Assembly: GCF_009914755.1 (NCBI RefSeq)
Contig: NC_060928.1
Source: the human T2T-CHM13v2.0 reference genome, Homo sapiens
Reading direction: 5' to 3' (one strand)
DNA: 64,000 nt
Shown here: positions 31,451 to 46,786 of the stretch, in pieces
Position numbering within the stretch: the first letter of the stretch is position 1
How the letters are laid out: each line of letters starts with the position of its first letter
Position numbers and translations under genes: made by a program
The notes under the pieces: generated by a model
Database searches by the model: none
Seen by the model: the letters and a program-made list of their open reading frames with translations, nothing else
Told to the model about the DNA's origin: nothing

Positions 31451-32419
31451 AATTGTACTTCAATAAAGTTGGCATCAATTCTATAAAATATTCTAAAATA
31501 GATTATAAACTAATGTCATAAAATATTTCGTAAAAACAACATTTCCTGCTACCCCATGACATTTTTTCCATGCAGACTGTAGCTGAACTATTTTATGCTT
31601 ACTGCCTCAGGGAGGAGTTGTCATCATAAAAGTTCTCATGCTAAAAGTTGAATTCTTGACTTTGGACTTTCAAAAGTTAAGGTCAAGACCAGCCATTATT
31701 TGGAAGAGCTAGAAGAATATGTCATCAGTCAGAGTCAAGGTCTAGATCTGAGAGCAAAGAGACAGTATGCTCTGTCCTTCCCATCCTCCATCCTCCCCCC
31801 AGGGCAATACCCCAGAGCTAATAAGCCCCTAGATACCCCTGAACCTAGGGTATAGGATGAGAAGAAATGGCCTTGTAGTGTGTCTAGACAAAAGACTCTA
31901 CGGCAACCTCATAGGTTCCCATGGTTTCTACAAGGTAGAAACCAACAGCTGAATTTCTTAGGCTTCAGATTGGAAGAATAGATTACCTCCTGGATAGTTA
32001 AGAGGAGATTGGAATTAGCTCTCAATGAGAACCTGGAATGAAAAACACATGAGCAATCTACAAGAATGAAGGATAAATGACTGAGGACCAGAAAGACCAA
32101 AGTACGTATATCCTAGCAGATGACAACAGAGGACCAGATGCCACACTCCTCCAAGCCTCATCCTCTCAACACAATTCCAAGGAGAGAAAGGGTAAAGACA
32201 TTTGTAAAAGAAATTGAATACTACTATGAACCATAAAGGAAGTTGTTAATTGCACTGACTCTGTAGTCTGAGGTTCATACCCAATTCATGACCTTTACAT
32301 TTGGATTGATTCTCCAACATCTAATAGTTTGTTGTACAAACAGTATGTACTCTCTAGCTATTTGACACATTTATTGACTTCATTCTATGTTTGCCCAACT
32401 GTCAGTGGCCATAGCTTTC

Positions 32420-32745
32420 TGTACTGTCCAATACAGTAGCCACTAGCCATCTGTGGTTATTGAATATTTGAAATGTGGCTAGTATGGATTTAAATGTGCT
32501 ATACATGTAAAATACACACCAACTTTTGAAGACTTAGCACAAATAACAAGAATGTAAAATATCACATTAATAGTGTTTATATTTATTCCAAGTTGAAGTG
32601 ATAATATTTTGGACATATTGGGTTAATAAAAATATACCACTAAAATTACTTTCACATGATTCTTTCCACCTTTAAAAAATATGCCTACTAGGCAATTTAA
32701 AATTGTATTATGTGACTTGCATCACTTTTCTATTGGACAATGCTA
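32420..32745. mobile_element. MER33-like hAT-Charlie element
   Basis: ctgtccaatacagtagccactagcca...ttgaaatgtggctagt...ttctattggacaatgct; the termini are inverted. Confidence 0.8.
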
Positions 32746-33304
32746 CCTTATATGCTCACTCATGTTGATTTCATTTGCTTTCACCTGAGGAGCCATTATC
32801 ACTGCTTAATTTGTTCCATGTGCAAGCGGACACTCAATGACTTTATAATGATGATGTCTAACATTTCCTGACAAAGTGTGCTTTGTCAAATTGTACAAAT
32901 TTCTTGTATCACATTTCTCAATGATAGGACTTGGGAATAATCATTGGGAATGATTGCTTTGTCTGTAATTTGTACAAAAAGGCAGAGATTTTCTTTACAA
33001 GAATTAAGACAATATTTTCTTAAAAATGCTTGGTGACTTAAATGTAAGTAAATAAATAATGAATAATTTTTTCACAAGTCAATGAGAACCAGCACAATGA
33101 GAAAAAAAATCGTCCTGAGTGGTTTACTTTGGTTAGATTTATTACCTAACTCATAAGGTTATATAATATGGAGTAACAAAAATAGGGCAATTTGAAGAAA
33201 TTTTATTTATAAAGGTACAGGGTACCACACAGACAGTGCAGTAACCTAGAGATAGTAGCCTCTGAGATTTTGTGCCTAGAACTGAAGTTTGCCATTTAGA
33301 AAGT

Positions 33305-33668
33305 TTTTTAGTCTATTTGGGCTGCTATAGTGAAATACCGTACATTGAGTAGCTTATAAACAACAGAAATTGATTTCTCATGGTTCTGGAGGCTGGAAAG
33401 TCCACATCGAAGTATCAACAGATTCAGTGTCTGGTAAGGGACTACTTTCTGGTTCACAGATGAAATTGTTTCACTGTGTCCTCACATAGTGGAAGGAGTG
33501 AGTGTTCTCTCTCAGGCCTCTATTATTAGGGCACTAATTCCATTCACGAGTGTTCCAACCCTATGACTTCATCGCCACCCAAAAGCCCCACCTCCAAATA
33601 CCATCACCTTGGGAGTTAAAATTTCAATCTATGAATTTTGGAGGAACAGAAACAATCAGACTATAGCA
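33305..33668 (-). mobile_element. MaLR LTR (MLT1A-like)
   Basis: ttagtctatttgggctgctata...ttctggaggctggaaagtcc...ccaaataccatcaccttggg. Confidence 0.8.
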
Positions 33669-35719
33669 GAAAGATGTGATCTTCACTTATGGGTATGACC
33701 AGCTTTAGGGAACCCCCTAAGGATAGGAGCAGGAGAATGAATACTCTGACTTCACTCTCCTCTAATTCTCTAATCTCCTATTAGTGTTCTTCAGTAGCCA
33801 AACCCAATCAGAAACCAGAGGGCACTGGAGCCTGGGTGATATAGTTTATGCTGATCAGCATCCCAGAGCAAATAACAGGACAAAGGGAAGAGTGTACCTA
33901 TATGAGAGCAAACAGAAAATATATGGCATATTCTGTCTTTTCAGAATCATTTACTATATTGCTAGGCAAATAGGTCACCTTTTTTCCCTCATCCCATTCT
34001 CTCTTAAATAGAAAATTAAACCTTAAAACCTGAATAGAAGACAAAAGTCCACAATCAGTGCTCTGTTTCTCACATATTGTGAGCTTTCCTAGAAGGTATT
34101 ACTCCTATCGCCCAACTCAGCGTCTACATATGCTGATGGCTCAAAAATCCATAGCTATGCCCAGTTCTCTTTCCTGCCCTCTAGATGAGCAGATCCAACA
34201 GCATGCTAGTTAGCTCCCCCTGGATGCCTCACAGGCTTGTCAAACCAGTGTATTCAAGAAAGCACCCACCACTTATTGCATAATATCCTGATAGAGTTGC
34301 AATGCCAAGGAGCATGTTTTCTGTTCATTTTCTAAAATGATGACAGAAAGTTTAGAAGAGGCTGTTTTAACTGTGATTAGGAGAAGCTTATACTAATTGT
34401 TATTATAAAGATCTGAAAAATCCGTGTCATCGTCCATGGTTCATACACCAACACATAGCATGAGACTTTTGCCACTTACGATGTCCTCCACGTTAGTCTT
34501 AATTTGCTTTCACCTGAATAATTGCACTAGCTAATACTTATTGAGTACTTCCTATGTGTCAGGTATTCAATTGTCCTCTTAAATTTAAGTCTCGCAATAA
34601 CCCAATAATGAAGAGGAAATTGAGGCTTGTAGGAGTCGTCATCCACAAGGACTCATAGCTGATAAGGGGTGGTGAGTTTTAGATAGCTTAACTCCAGAAC
34701 ACATATGCTTGTCATTCCTCTGCGATACTGAATACAAATCATTCTTATAGTCCAGGGAGGAGGGGTTAAAAGGTCACGAACTAGGAGCTCTACTGAGTCT
34801 GACACTGGAGATGCTAGGAGTAAGGAAAATATAATAAGTCTTGAGGAAGCTGGAGATGAGAGATTATAAAGTAAAAGTAGCTGAAGATACAGGATATAAG
34901 ATTTTTTTTTTAAAAATTTCTTTTTCCTTTTAAAAACGTTAGTTAAGCATGCATTGCGCTAGGCATTGGGGATAGAAAAGCAATAAAGACAATTTCAGTC
35001 TAGTGAGAAAGATAGGTAAATACATTATAATAAATTTTAAAACTTAGATTTGTATGCAAGGTTCACAGAACATTAGAGAAATTAGACATAGACAGAATTT
35101 ATTAATTCATTTTATTCATTCAGAAGACATTAGTTGAATACCCACTGCATTATGCTTGAAGCTGGAGAAATAAAAAGGGCAAAGTTAAAATCCTTATCCT
35201 GAGGAAACTCACAATCTAATGAAGATGCTTCTGGGGTGCTGGTCAAGTAGCAAGGATGGAGCTACAGGAGCACAGAAGGATTACACAGCCTCGAGTGCTC
35301 AGACAATGCCAATTTAGTGTTACCTAAGCAAAAAGTTAGGGCTTTGGGTTGGCAACAGTAGAGGATGCTAAAGAGGAGTGCAGTGGACAGGTCCAAAGGG
35401 CTTGGACTTAACTATGACAACCCAAATTGTTGCTGGTGGAATGCAATACAAGGGAATATGCATTTTCCTGCAGCATCAGTTTTGTTATGATGTGGAGCAT
35501 AAAATCGTGCTTTTCACTATTAAATATTTTTACTATTAAAAATAATGTAGAGCACAAAATCGTGCTTTTTACTATTTAAATGCGGATATACTGTGAAGAA
35601 TGCAATAGCATATGAGATTCATAAAATACGACAGGAAACGAATTTCCACAGCTAGGCTTATGATTTAGCCAGATAGAACAGGAAACTACAAGAAAATCCC
35701 ACAGCTGGGCATGCAGATG

Positions 35720-36480
35720 GCTTCGGCTCTCACCCCTGAAGACTCGGGGGGAGGAGTTCACAGTCTTCAGTTCTCCGAGTATTGAGGGTAAGATAGCTGA
35801 GGAACAATGAGTATTAAGTGTGCGAGAAAAGCGTTTAGGAGTTAAGCACATGGACTGAAGAGAGGCTAGGGCGCAGGCGACTGGGAACCCGTCATCGTCC
35901 CTCTGCTCTCCGGACCTCTTATTCGAAAAACATCCTCCACCACGTGCCCCTTTGTCGCCAGAGACAGCGCCTGCAGTGCGTGAGCTGCCCCCTGAACTCC
36001 TGGCGCCTGGTTGCCTGGGCAACCCTCTTCTGGGGCGCCTCCGCGACCTCTTACCATTGGTTTAGACGACGCAGCGTGCGTCTGACGTCATTGCGCGGCG
36101 CGACCAGGTTCAGGGGCGGGCCGCGCGGAGCCTCATTTCCCCAAACGCAGGCGCTCTGTGGCGGTAGCCGCGGTTGTTGGCCGACCGAGTGCCGGTCATA
36201 AGCCCCCCCCGGTGGGGGGCAGCTGGTGTGCGGATCGCGGCGGGAGAGAGGCGCGGTAGGAACGGGTCCCCGGAGCCGTGAACCGCGGGTACAGGTGTCC
36301 TGTCTGCGCTCTCTGCCAAGCCGGCTTGCTTCCTGATCTGTTGCTAGGGCCGCTGGACCCCGTTGCTAAGGACCCTTGAGATCGTGAGCGCTTGGAGTGT
36401 ACCCCTCCTTTCCTGGGGTAGAGGGTCAGTCGAGAGTAGCCTTCGTTAACCTTAATTGAAACTGGTAAACTCCTCCCTCG
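35720..36480 (+). promoter_or_regulatory. PACRGL: CpG-island promoter and presumed non-coding first exon of PACRGL
   Basis: The only non-repeat CpG-dense, GC-rich block, ~3.7 kb upstream of the ATG exon. Contains an X-box (36010-36023), reverse CCAAT (36056-36060), CRE TGACGTCA (36083-36090) and GC box (36113-36120). Candidate donors at 36256, 36289 and 36465; the TSS and the donor used cannot be determined. Confidence 0.85.
36010..36023. promoter_or_regulatory. RFX X-box motif
   Basis: GTTGCCTGGGCAAC, a near-perfect palindromic match to GTTGCC-NN-GGCAAC. Confidence 0.7.
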
Positions 36481-37379
36481 GCCCCTTTAAAAAATCTCTG
36501 TTTTTTCTTTATTTTTTTTCTGTGTCTTCCTCTTTTGCTGACTTTGATAGCATCCTGGCCCTGGACTGGTCTTTAAGTATCTAGAAGTGAGTGTAGGAGG
36601 GGTGGCTGGGAAGGTGGAAAATAGATTCTAAGACCCCTAAGCAGATTGTGCGACCCTAATACTGGCCCTTTGAATTTACTTTCTGGTAAAAAAGGGACTG
36701 GGATAAGTGACTATTGGGCTCTGGGTCTTTTAGAATTTGACAGAGCTTTACAAATGGAACATGGTTTCTTTAGTGGGGCTCTTACTTACACGTTTGGAAC
36801 TTTCTAGACCTGGATTAGAAAGCAGGGCTCTGCTGACTGAGAATTGTTTTAGTTCAGTGGTCTTAAAGCTGAGTACGGGAGAAAGTACATACAGGGAAAG
36901 AAATAGGCTATATCAGCTGCCCAAACAATGATAGAAAGTACACTTTCCTACCATTGACACAGATACCGGCAGTCCCTTGTAGATAGATGACCTGTAGCAA
37001 CCAAGGAAGCTTTAAGGGGAATGTGTGGGCTTCATAGGGTGGTTTGTTTGCTTTCTGATATTGTGACATAGTTTAGGTGTTCGAAGTTAAGTGGATTTAT
37101 GGATTCTAATATCTATAATTAGAATGTTTATCTTGTTTTGTAAAAGAATGAGCGGTGACCTTGATAATATTTGTAACACAAAATAGTTCTTACAGGTTCG
37201 CTTCTCCCCATCACTGCCCCTTTACACCATCCTCTACATGTTATTTAATGAAAAACCACTTGAAAGGGTTACCAAGGATAAGATTTTTAAAGCTTGCTTT
37301 CACAAACAACTCATGCTCCAGGCTTGTCAGTGGCATGCTTCCAGGTGGATATTATTTTAAAAAATTGACTACATTTCCC

Positions 37380-37547
37380 GTCGTCCCTTGGTGTCCGTGG
37401 AGAATTGGCTCCAGGACTCCCTCCCTCCCCCCAGTCTCTTTCAGATACCCAAATCCACCCATGCCAAAGTCCTCCAGTCTGCTCTCCGTATCCGTGGTTG
37501 GGTCAAATCTATAGATGTGGAACCCGCATATACGGAGAGCCAACTGT
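37380..37547. mobile_element. MER2-like (Tigger-derived) element, internally deleted
   Basis: gtcgtcccttggtgtccgtgg...ttggctccaggac...gatgtggaacccgcatatacggagagccaactgta. Confidence 0.7.
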
Positions 37548-39153
37548 AATTTGTCGTTAAGGTAAAGGATAAAAATTTTAAGTGAAAAAGCAATTGTTTT
37601 GGAAGGAAATTCTCTAATACAGGATTTTGAAAGGGGATGTAGACGTGTTTGCATTACTGTATGTTTAATGCTGAAAATTATATATTGTACATAAAAGTTG
37701 TCCTGTATACTCATAAACTGTAGAAGCTCGATTTTCTACCATGTTTAAAACTTTTTCAAATGAGTTTTGGTGACTTTTTGAACTCATTCAAAATATAATG
37801 CAACACCTCCCCATTAGTTTGTTACAGGAACAACTTTTTGACGTGAAGGAAGATAGAAATTTAGCCATAAAATTCCATCCAAAACTTCCACTGAATTGGT
37901 AGGTAGTATTGAAAAATGTGCATCATAATTTGATATGGCTGCCTGTGCCCTTGTTATGTTTGTGGGTACGCGTCTTTGCTGTGCATCGCTTTTATCTGTT
38001 GCAGCTGTTAACAATTGATGATCAAGAGAAATTGGACCTCAGCTGGTCTTCAAATTGATGTAGCCCAAGATGTTAAGCCAGATTTTTTAAAAATGACAAA
38101 ACATGTGGTCTCACTATTAGTAATAGTAATACTGAAGAACACTTTGTACCATTGTAAAGAAAATTATAATAATAGCTAAGACTCATGTGGCCCTTACTGC
38201 ATGCCTCCCATTATGGAAATGTTGTTTTACATATATTCTTACTAGTCTTCATCAACACTTAAAGTAGTTCCTGTAATTATGCCCAATTATAGAGTTGAGG
38301 AAACTGATGCATTTTTTTTTTTCAATAGAAACTTGTGTTGTTCCCCCTCCAGGAGCTTCTCAAAACAGAAGTCAGGCACAATATTAAATACTTGTTGAAT
38401 GATCACAGAAGTACAATAGTAGGTTAACATATTTAAAGCTTCTCTCAGCTTATTTTAGACTATTATCTGACAACTTTAATGAGATTTTAATTACCGTAGT
38501 ATTAGAAAATGGCCCTGGGAATGGAGGTGAAGTGTGATACTGGGAAGTAAGTCATCTGCTGGTAGTGGGATGAGATAAATGAGATCAATGTATTAAATCA
38601 AGGAAATTGAAATTATTCAGTGTGCAGAAGCAAGCTTACATTTAGGTTATCTTTACATGGTATCAGACTTTAAGCTGGTACATCATGTTTGAGATATCTG
38701 GCTAAATTTTATAACATGGAGCTTTGTCCTCCTTTTGAGGATTTCTAACTTGTTAAGTGGATTAAAAGCATTTCATGTGAGGAATCATTTTAAAAAGTAT
38801 CAGTGTTTATCCTGAAGAAGAAAAAATGAAGGAGTTAAGAGTTAATGCCATCAAATATTTGAAAAGGTGTCATTTGGAGGTGGAAGAGGACTTTACCTGT
38901 GTTGTCCTAAGGGAAGATCTTACACTATACTTGAGAGGCAGTCATTATTAAAGGCATTAAAATGAGACGTGTGCTAATAGAATAACTAGATTGTCGTGGA
39001 AGTGAGGGAACAGAGTAATCAAGTAGAAATAAGGACACAGGATAGAAATCAATGCCATAGAAATACACATTTGAGAAACCAAGATGAGGAAAGGCTTCAT
39101 GGAAGTTGGGAATGAAGCTTGGCCTAAAAATACCAGTAGGCACTTGGGTATAT

Positions 39154-39154
<1 letters not shown>

Positions 39155-39194
<40 letters not shown>

Positions 39195-39203
39195 TGTGTG
39201 TGT
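39155..39203. repeat. (TG)n microsatellite in intron 1
   Basis: Read directly from the sequence. Confidence 0.95.
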
Positions 39204-39849
39204 ATTTCTTGCTAGAGATACAATTGTAGAAATTGATTGGATTAGCTGGAAACCTTGGGGTATGAACTAGAGTCCTCCATTAGCAGAAAAAAAGCAACTG
39301 TGTAAGGGAAAAGTGAACCAGTATTCCCTGGGTGAGTAACTTGAGAGATAATTTCATTTGCACCTCCAGAAAACCTTGACAGGCTTTTATTTCCCTCTTT
39401 AAACAGGTCAGGAAGTCGAGGTTTAGGGAGGTTAAATAATCTGCCTAAATTCATAAATTTCATAATTGGTAGAACTGAGATGCAGACCCATATTTGAGCC
39501 CAAAGCTCTTTCTTTCTCATCACGTGTAGCATTGAGTGTAGGAAATGAAGGAAAAGGAGACAATGGTGATTCTAAGTTTTTCAGTCTGAGGACCAGAAAA
39601 CTGGTGGTACCCTGGGTTAACAAGGGGTTCATAATAACTTCAGTGTGACAACCTCGGTTTTAGTTACATTCAGTTTAAGGAGCTTGTGATACATTGGGTA
39701 GGAGAGTTCATTATGTCACTGGAAAAGTAGAGCTTGATGTGCACATGTTAACATTTGGAGCTTTGGAAATACAGAGGCCAGAGAAGATGGAGAAGATGAC
39801 AGGGAATGTACCAACCACTCCTTTCAGAAATCTAGTCTGTGTTTTCTAA

Positions 39850-40521
<672 letters not shown>

Positions 40522-42237
40522 TAGATTTTTTAAAGGCATTTCGCACAGTATTGAACAATGCTGGATGCTGTGTTGAGTTTTGTCCCTTTGCTAGTTTTGA
40601 GCTAATAATGAGAGAAGGGCATGTGGTTATTATGATGAAGAACTGAGATAATCAGTCACATGTGGGAGTGAGTATGGAGGTAAGGAGACATAGAAGTTAA
40701 CCTGTTTGGGATATCGCATTGTAGTGCATAGAAAATTGCACTTTAGCTTTAGATTTTATTTGCAGTGTTGTTTTACTTCCCCATATCAATGAATAAACTG
40801 TATTCAGTTGCCACAGAATGCTTTTCGTGCTTCTATAGTTGCATAAAGGTCTCTGACCTTTCCTCTGTGTTCTGTAAATTAGTTCCACCAGAAATCCTAG
40901 TTGTAGTACTAACCTCCTTTGCCCTCTCCTAACAATTTAATGAGATTTAATAAACATGGGATTTATGCAGTAAAAATATTCAGAAGTGAACACACCTGTG
41001 CAACAACACCAGGTGTTATTTGCCCCATGCCCAACTTTGGTAGGGTGAGATGTTAGTGATTTCAGCCTTCGAAGGGGATTGTGAGGGTGGCTGAAGCTCC
41101 TGACTGACTGTGGTGGTAGGTAGGGGTATGGCAGTTACTTAAGGAAGCAAAGGTATAGTGAGCTCTCCAAGACAGAAGGAGTGTCCGACTGGATAAAAGC
41201 AAAGTGACAAATAGTTTGAGCGGCTATGTTCCTTTGCTTTTTTCTGTAATCTACAGTGTCAAGGAAATTGAATACCTGAAGAAGGCCCTAATAATCTTGT
41301 TGCTCTCACTTCCTTTGCTTATGTTTAGTTGAGGGAGTTTACGGTGACGCTTCAATTTTCTTCCTCTCTTTAAAGAAGTACTTTTTGAATTAATAATATT
41401 TAGTGACCTTAGTCCTAAGTTTTAGTAAAAATCGAGGAAAGTTTTGGGAAATAGTTAAATAATTTGACCCGAGAAAAGCATGTGTAAAAGCTACCAATAT
41501 AAAACAAATGAGTTGGAAGTCAGAATAATGTTCACCTTTGGGGCGAAAGGTGGGCAGGGATTTGGGAGAGGCAGTGGAGGCATCTAGTGTGCTGGAAACT
41601 TTCAGATTTTTCAACTCTGTTGATAAACAGGTGTGTTCATTTTTTGTGAATTCACTATTGTGATTTATGCACATTAATATTTTAAATATTTGAGTTAAAA
41701 AATTTTTTGAAACGCTAATTCAGTGTAGTATAGTATATAACATTAATACAGAGTTGAAATATGGTCTGAAATTGTTAAAAATTGAATGGGATAACATTTT
41801 TCACTTTAGACTTGGTAAAATTTGGTTAAAATCGATAAAAGTAATCTATTCATAAAAAATTCTGATTTTGTGGAACATGGAAGATGAAACCATGATTATC
41901 TCTAGAATAAAATTGAAAGGCAAAGAAAGGAATTGTTTAGCATTTCAATCAGAAATTTAGTCTTTGTGGGTATATTGAAATTTTAGGGATTATTTTCATG
42001 ACCTGTAAGGGCCAAAAAGAAAGATCATTTGCTTGTAGATGGTAGAAGTCAAATATGTTGATAGTATAGTACTAATTTGTCTTAATTTTTTCTCCAATAT
42101 GTGTAGCACTTTTTCAAACAACTTTCTTATCGGATATGCTTGTTACTTGAAAATAATTTTTAAAACTTGTGTTTCTTTTATAGCAGAAATTATAACTAGA
42201 TGAGTGAAACATTCCTCTTGTGAATTGTTACACATAA

Positions 42238-42555
<318 letters not shown>

Positions 42556-43485
42556 AGATATGAATCTTTTATTGTAATTTAATTTGAACGAATTTTCTCC
42601 TATGTGCTTTTACTCAAAACTCATGCTTTTCCAGAGGAAAAAAGAGCTGATTCTAAACTTTTTAAGCACATTTTAAAACTACCACTGTGTGTGACTTAAA
42701 AAAAATTATCTAGTTATATCTTTAAAACAGGTCAATTTATATTTTGTAATTTAGACAACTATTTTTCATTTGATTATATATTAAAAGTACCATGTGATAA
42801 AATATTTACTTTTTGTTCCTAAATCCTCTGTAAGTCTCTTATCAATTATATTGAAATTATTTATGCTGTAATTGTTTAACTGTTGTGATTGACCATCCCT
42901 TAAATCATCTTTAAGAGTAGGTATAAAATCAAGCTATTCATATATAGCAAAACTGAAAGGTTATGAAGTTATATATCTAAGAAAATACATCCAGGCATAT
43001 ATTTGTGAGAATCTTCCCCATCTTCAATTCTCTCCCTCCTGCCCAGCGCAATCCTTTGTTTTTTATAGAAGCCTAAAGCCAGTTTGGAGAAATGTGACTA
43101 CCTACGCCATCTGTATTTGGCTGAAGCACAAAGTAGGAGATGTGCAGGTGGCAAAAAACAAATATACTTTTTCTGTACTTAACACCCCTTCTCCATAGAG
43201 TCCTCACCTTGAAAGGTCACAGTGGGGAAGAAGGTAGAAAGAACTATCATTCCATATGTGGTTTCAGCCGCGTTCAAGCATCCTGAATCGTTAGGGGAAA
43301 AAAGAGATGTACCAAGTGTGGTCGTGGTATTCTAGTAGAGAGAGGATTGACAGTTTTTCTCAACTGTGTTGCTGAGTAGAAACGGTGCGCTTCGATACCA
43401 GCTTGGCGGTTTGAAAAGCAAAATGGCTGTGTGCTTCTGACCTCAGAAGTATAGGTGATAGTAATATTTTCATTTTTTATTTTAG

Positions 43486-43553
43486 TTTGGTGAACAGTCA
43501 CGAGTGCCTTCTGCATTTGCAGCTATTTACTCTAAAGGAGGTATTCCTTGCAG
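43486..43553 (+). CDS. PACRGL: PACRGL exon 4: FGEQSRVPSAFAAIYSKGGIPC(R)
   Basis: ttttag| acceptor, CAG|gtaaaa donor, 68 nt. F..IY..G.IP resembles the start of the PACRG domain. Confidence 0.92.
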
Positions 43554-44549
43554 GTAAAATCAATATGATTTATAACTGACCAAATTATTCAAAATCATTG
43601 AGTAAAATGAATACAATATTTAGTTTAAATGTATTGTAAGTTTTATTTACTAGTGAGGTTGAAATAAAGATGACTTTATTCACACTTTCTTTTGGACTGG
43701 TATAGATTCCTGGATGTTGTTGAAGAAAACCATTCTAGTTCCAAAATACAGTTATTGGGATCTATGGATAAACCATCAGTTTAAGAACTTTACTTGAACC
43801 CTTTTTCTAAAATAATCAATTTAAGCGTTTGCAGGCTTGGGCAAGTTGCAAATTAAAAAATCCTATCTTGTTGGTAAAATGAAAGTTGTCAATTTAATGA
43901 AATTGTTTATATTTCATAATAAATACATATGGCTGTTTTTGCTTCATTTTGGATATAATTCTTGCCACCTTTCTAGACAGATGTCAGAACTTTAAAAAAA
44001 AAATACTACAGATAATGTATCATTTTACAATTTATTTCTATAAAGCATTTATTTCTTCAGAGTTCATCCAGTTTTAGCCTGTTGTAGATGATAGAAAATT
44101 TTATTTTGATTATGGAAATAATCACAACATTTATTTATTTTTGTTCCAAAATTCAAGAAATCTAGTTTTTAATGGTATTTTCGGATTTGGAGTGAAAAAT
44201 AAGCTCAAGAAATACTCTTCAGTTTATTGTTATTTCATATTTACATTCTGAATTGAAACCCTATTTAAAGTTTCTTAATTCTCTACTCCCCACCCCTCCA
44301 AAACTTATTGTTGCAAAAATGTAAAAACAATATTAGAGAGACGTCTTACTCTTATGAAAATAAGCCCAAAGGAGTCAAGAAGTCGAGAACATTACAAAGG
44401 AGTTCAAAGAAGCATTTAGGTTGATGGATTAAGTTCACTGTCATGATTGTGATGATAGTTCCTTGAGTGTATTCGTACATAAAAACATACCAAATTGTAT
44501 ACTGTAAATACATGCAGTTTATTGCGTGTTAGTTATTCCTCAGTAAAGG

Positions 44550-44831
<282 letters not shown>

Positions 44832-45352
44832 GCGGTTAAAAGAAGCAGAAATCCTAATTCAGGGGCCACCACTTTGTAACCCTAAATGGGCCATTTTACC
44901 TTCCTGGCCTCAGTTTTCTTCTCTTTAACAGAGATGAAACTTGGTTTAGCCTTCAGGTTATTAGTGTTAGGGTTACATGATCTATATCTGAAAAACAATG
45001 TTCCTTGTGAAACATTTTTAATAATTACTATGTTTTGTTTGCATTTTTTCATTTCTGTAGATTACCTATTGTGTCATATCACTGAAAGATACCACCTGGC
45101 ATATCTGTGTTAAGATTCACAGACAGCAACATGCTTAAGCACCAAAACTGTAACCTTAACACATGTGGGTCACTTTTGCTGTAAGACTAGGAATGTGTAG
45201 GATTATTGACATTACTTTGTAAAATGTCCTTGTACTATCTTATAAAGTTATGGTATTCCTACATGTTACAAAATAAATCTGATATGGTTATACTGTATGT
45301 TAGATTATCCCTGCTTAATATAGAATTATATTTTTCTTGTTGCATTCACTAA

Positions 45353-45499
<147 letters not shown>

Positions 45500-46589
45500 T
45501 AAAAATTGCATTAAATGCTACTTTGTAGCTTGTCAGTAAATTTCATTCTATGCCTTTGAAAAACGAAGCACACAATAGGCATTGAAACACCACACACCCT
45601 TAGGAATGAATTATGATTCTTATATAGTTATTTGAAATTGATTAATGAGCTTTATAAACATGGAATTAGTCTGCATAGGGATTTGTAGATAACTAGATGA
45701 AATATTTGTACTTACTTCAAAAAAAATATGTGGACTCATAATGAGGAGAGATTTTTTGGTACTAGTGAAATAAGGAAAACATCAGGGATTAAACTGAAAA
45801 CTGTCAGATAGTGGTAAGTGGTTCTATGTACAACCAATCGTGTTGACATGATGTGTTTCTTAGGGAATTGATACTACCTACCTAAATGTTCTTTTGGAGA
45901 ATACTCCAGCTCTTTGCTTGTACATTTCCAGTACAATATCATGGAGGTGGTTTTATAGACTATTTAAAAAAAAACTTTTGATAGCTTCCTTTATATCATT
46001 TAACATTTGTGTCAGGAAAAATGTTGGTGGAGTCTTAGCTTCAAGTGAATCATTGCTATCTTCTATGAATTTTATTCTTAGAGTTAGAAGTAGAGAAATG
46101 AATTAACCAGTTGTCTTGTATTTAAACTTTTAATTACTTTTTAAAAGTTAAGGATCGTTTTGTTGTCATTAGTAAGAAACAAATGATTAGAGTTTGGGTG
46201 ATATTAGTAATAAAACACCTGCGTTCTTTCACTGATAGTTTTATTTAGATTAGTTACTACTGTGTAACTTACTCTATAAACATGGCAGTGCCTTTTTAGG
46301 TTAATATCATTTGCTTTTCCTATAAAACCAGTGGGGAGGACCAAGTGGGAGCAGAACTGAAAAATGTAATTTTGCCAATTGAGATTCCTTAATTAAAATG
46401 AAACATCAAAATCTCTGGTTCCTCATTTAATTCTCCAAATATGTTTACTCTCTTAAGAGTAAACTAACCAGTTACTAGCAAAAACTATAAGTTTTTGTTT
46501 TTCTTAATTTATTGCCGAGTATTACAAGCAGTGTATTTTTATAGGTAGCCTATTTTGAAATTCAGTTTTGAGGTTGGCATTAAAGGTTA

Positions 46590-46786
46590 GGCTGGGTGCT
46601 GTGGCTCATGCTTGTAATCCCAGCACTTTAGGAGGCCAAGGCAGGAGGATCACTTGAGCCCAGGAGTTTGAGACCAGCCTGACCTACATAGGGAGACCCT
46701 GTCTCTACAAAAAAGAAAAAAAAGAAGATCACATTAGCCAGGCACAGTAGAGTGAGATGCTATCTCAGACACACACACACACAAAA
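46590..46786 (+). mobile_element. AluJ-like with most of the right arm deleted, intron 5
   Basis: ggaggatcacttgagcccaggagtttgagaccagcc. The right arm jumps from ttagccaggcaca to agagtgaga, followed by a (CA)n tail. Confidence 0.85.

Noticed and set aside
31890-32110. Possible upstream alternative PACRGL exon (AA|gtacgt donor at 32102, partial X-box)
   Set aside because: The motifs are too weak to support without transcript data.
35576-36319. ORFs over the CpG island, including a 148-aa minus-strand ORF, as a divergent gene
   Set aside because: GC-rich DNA lacks stop codons. No recognisable domain or splice structure.
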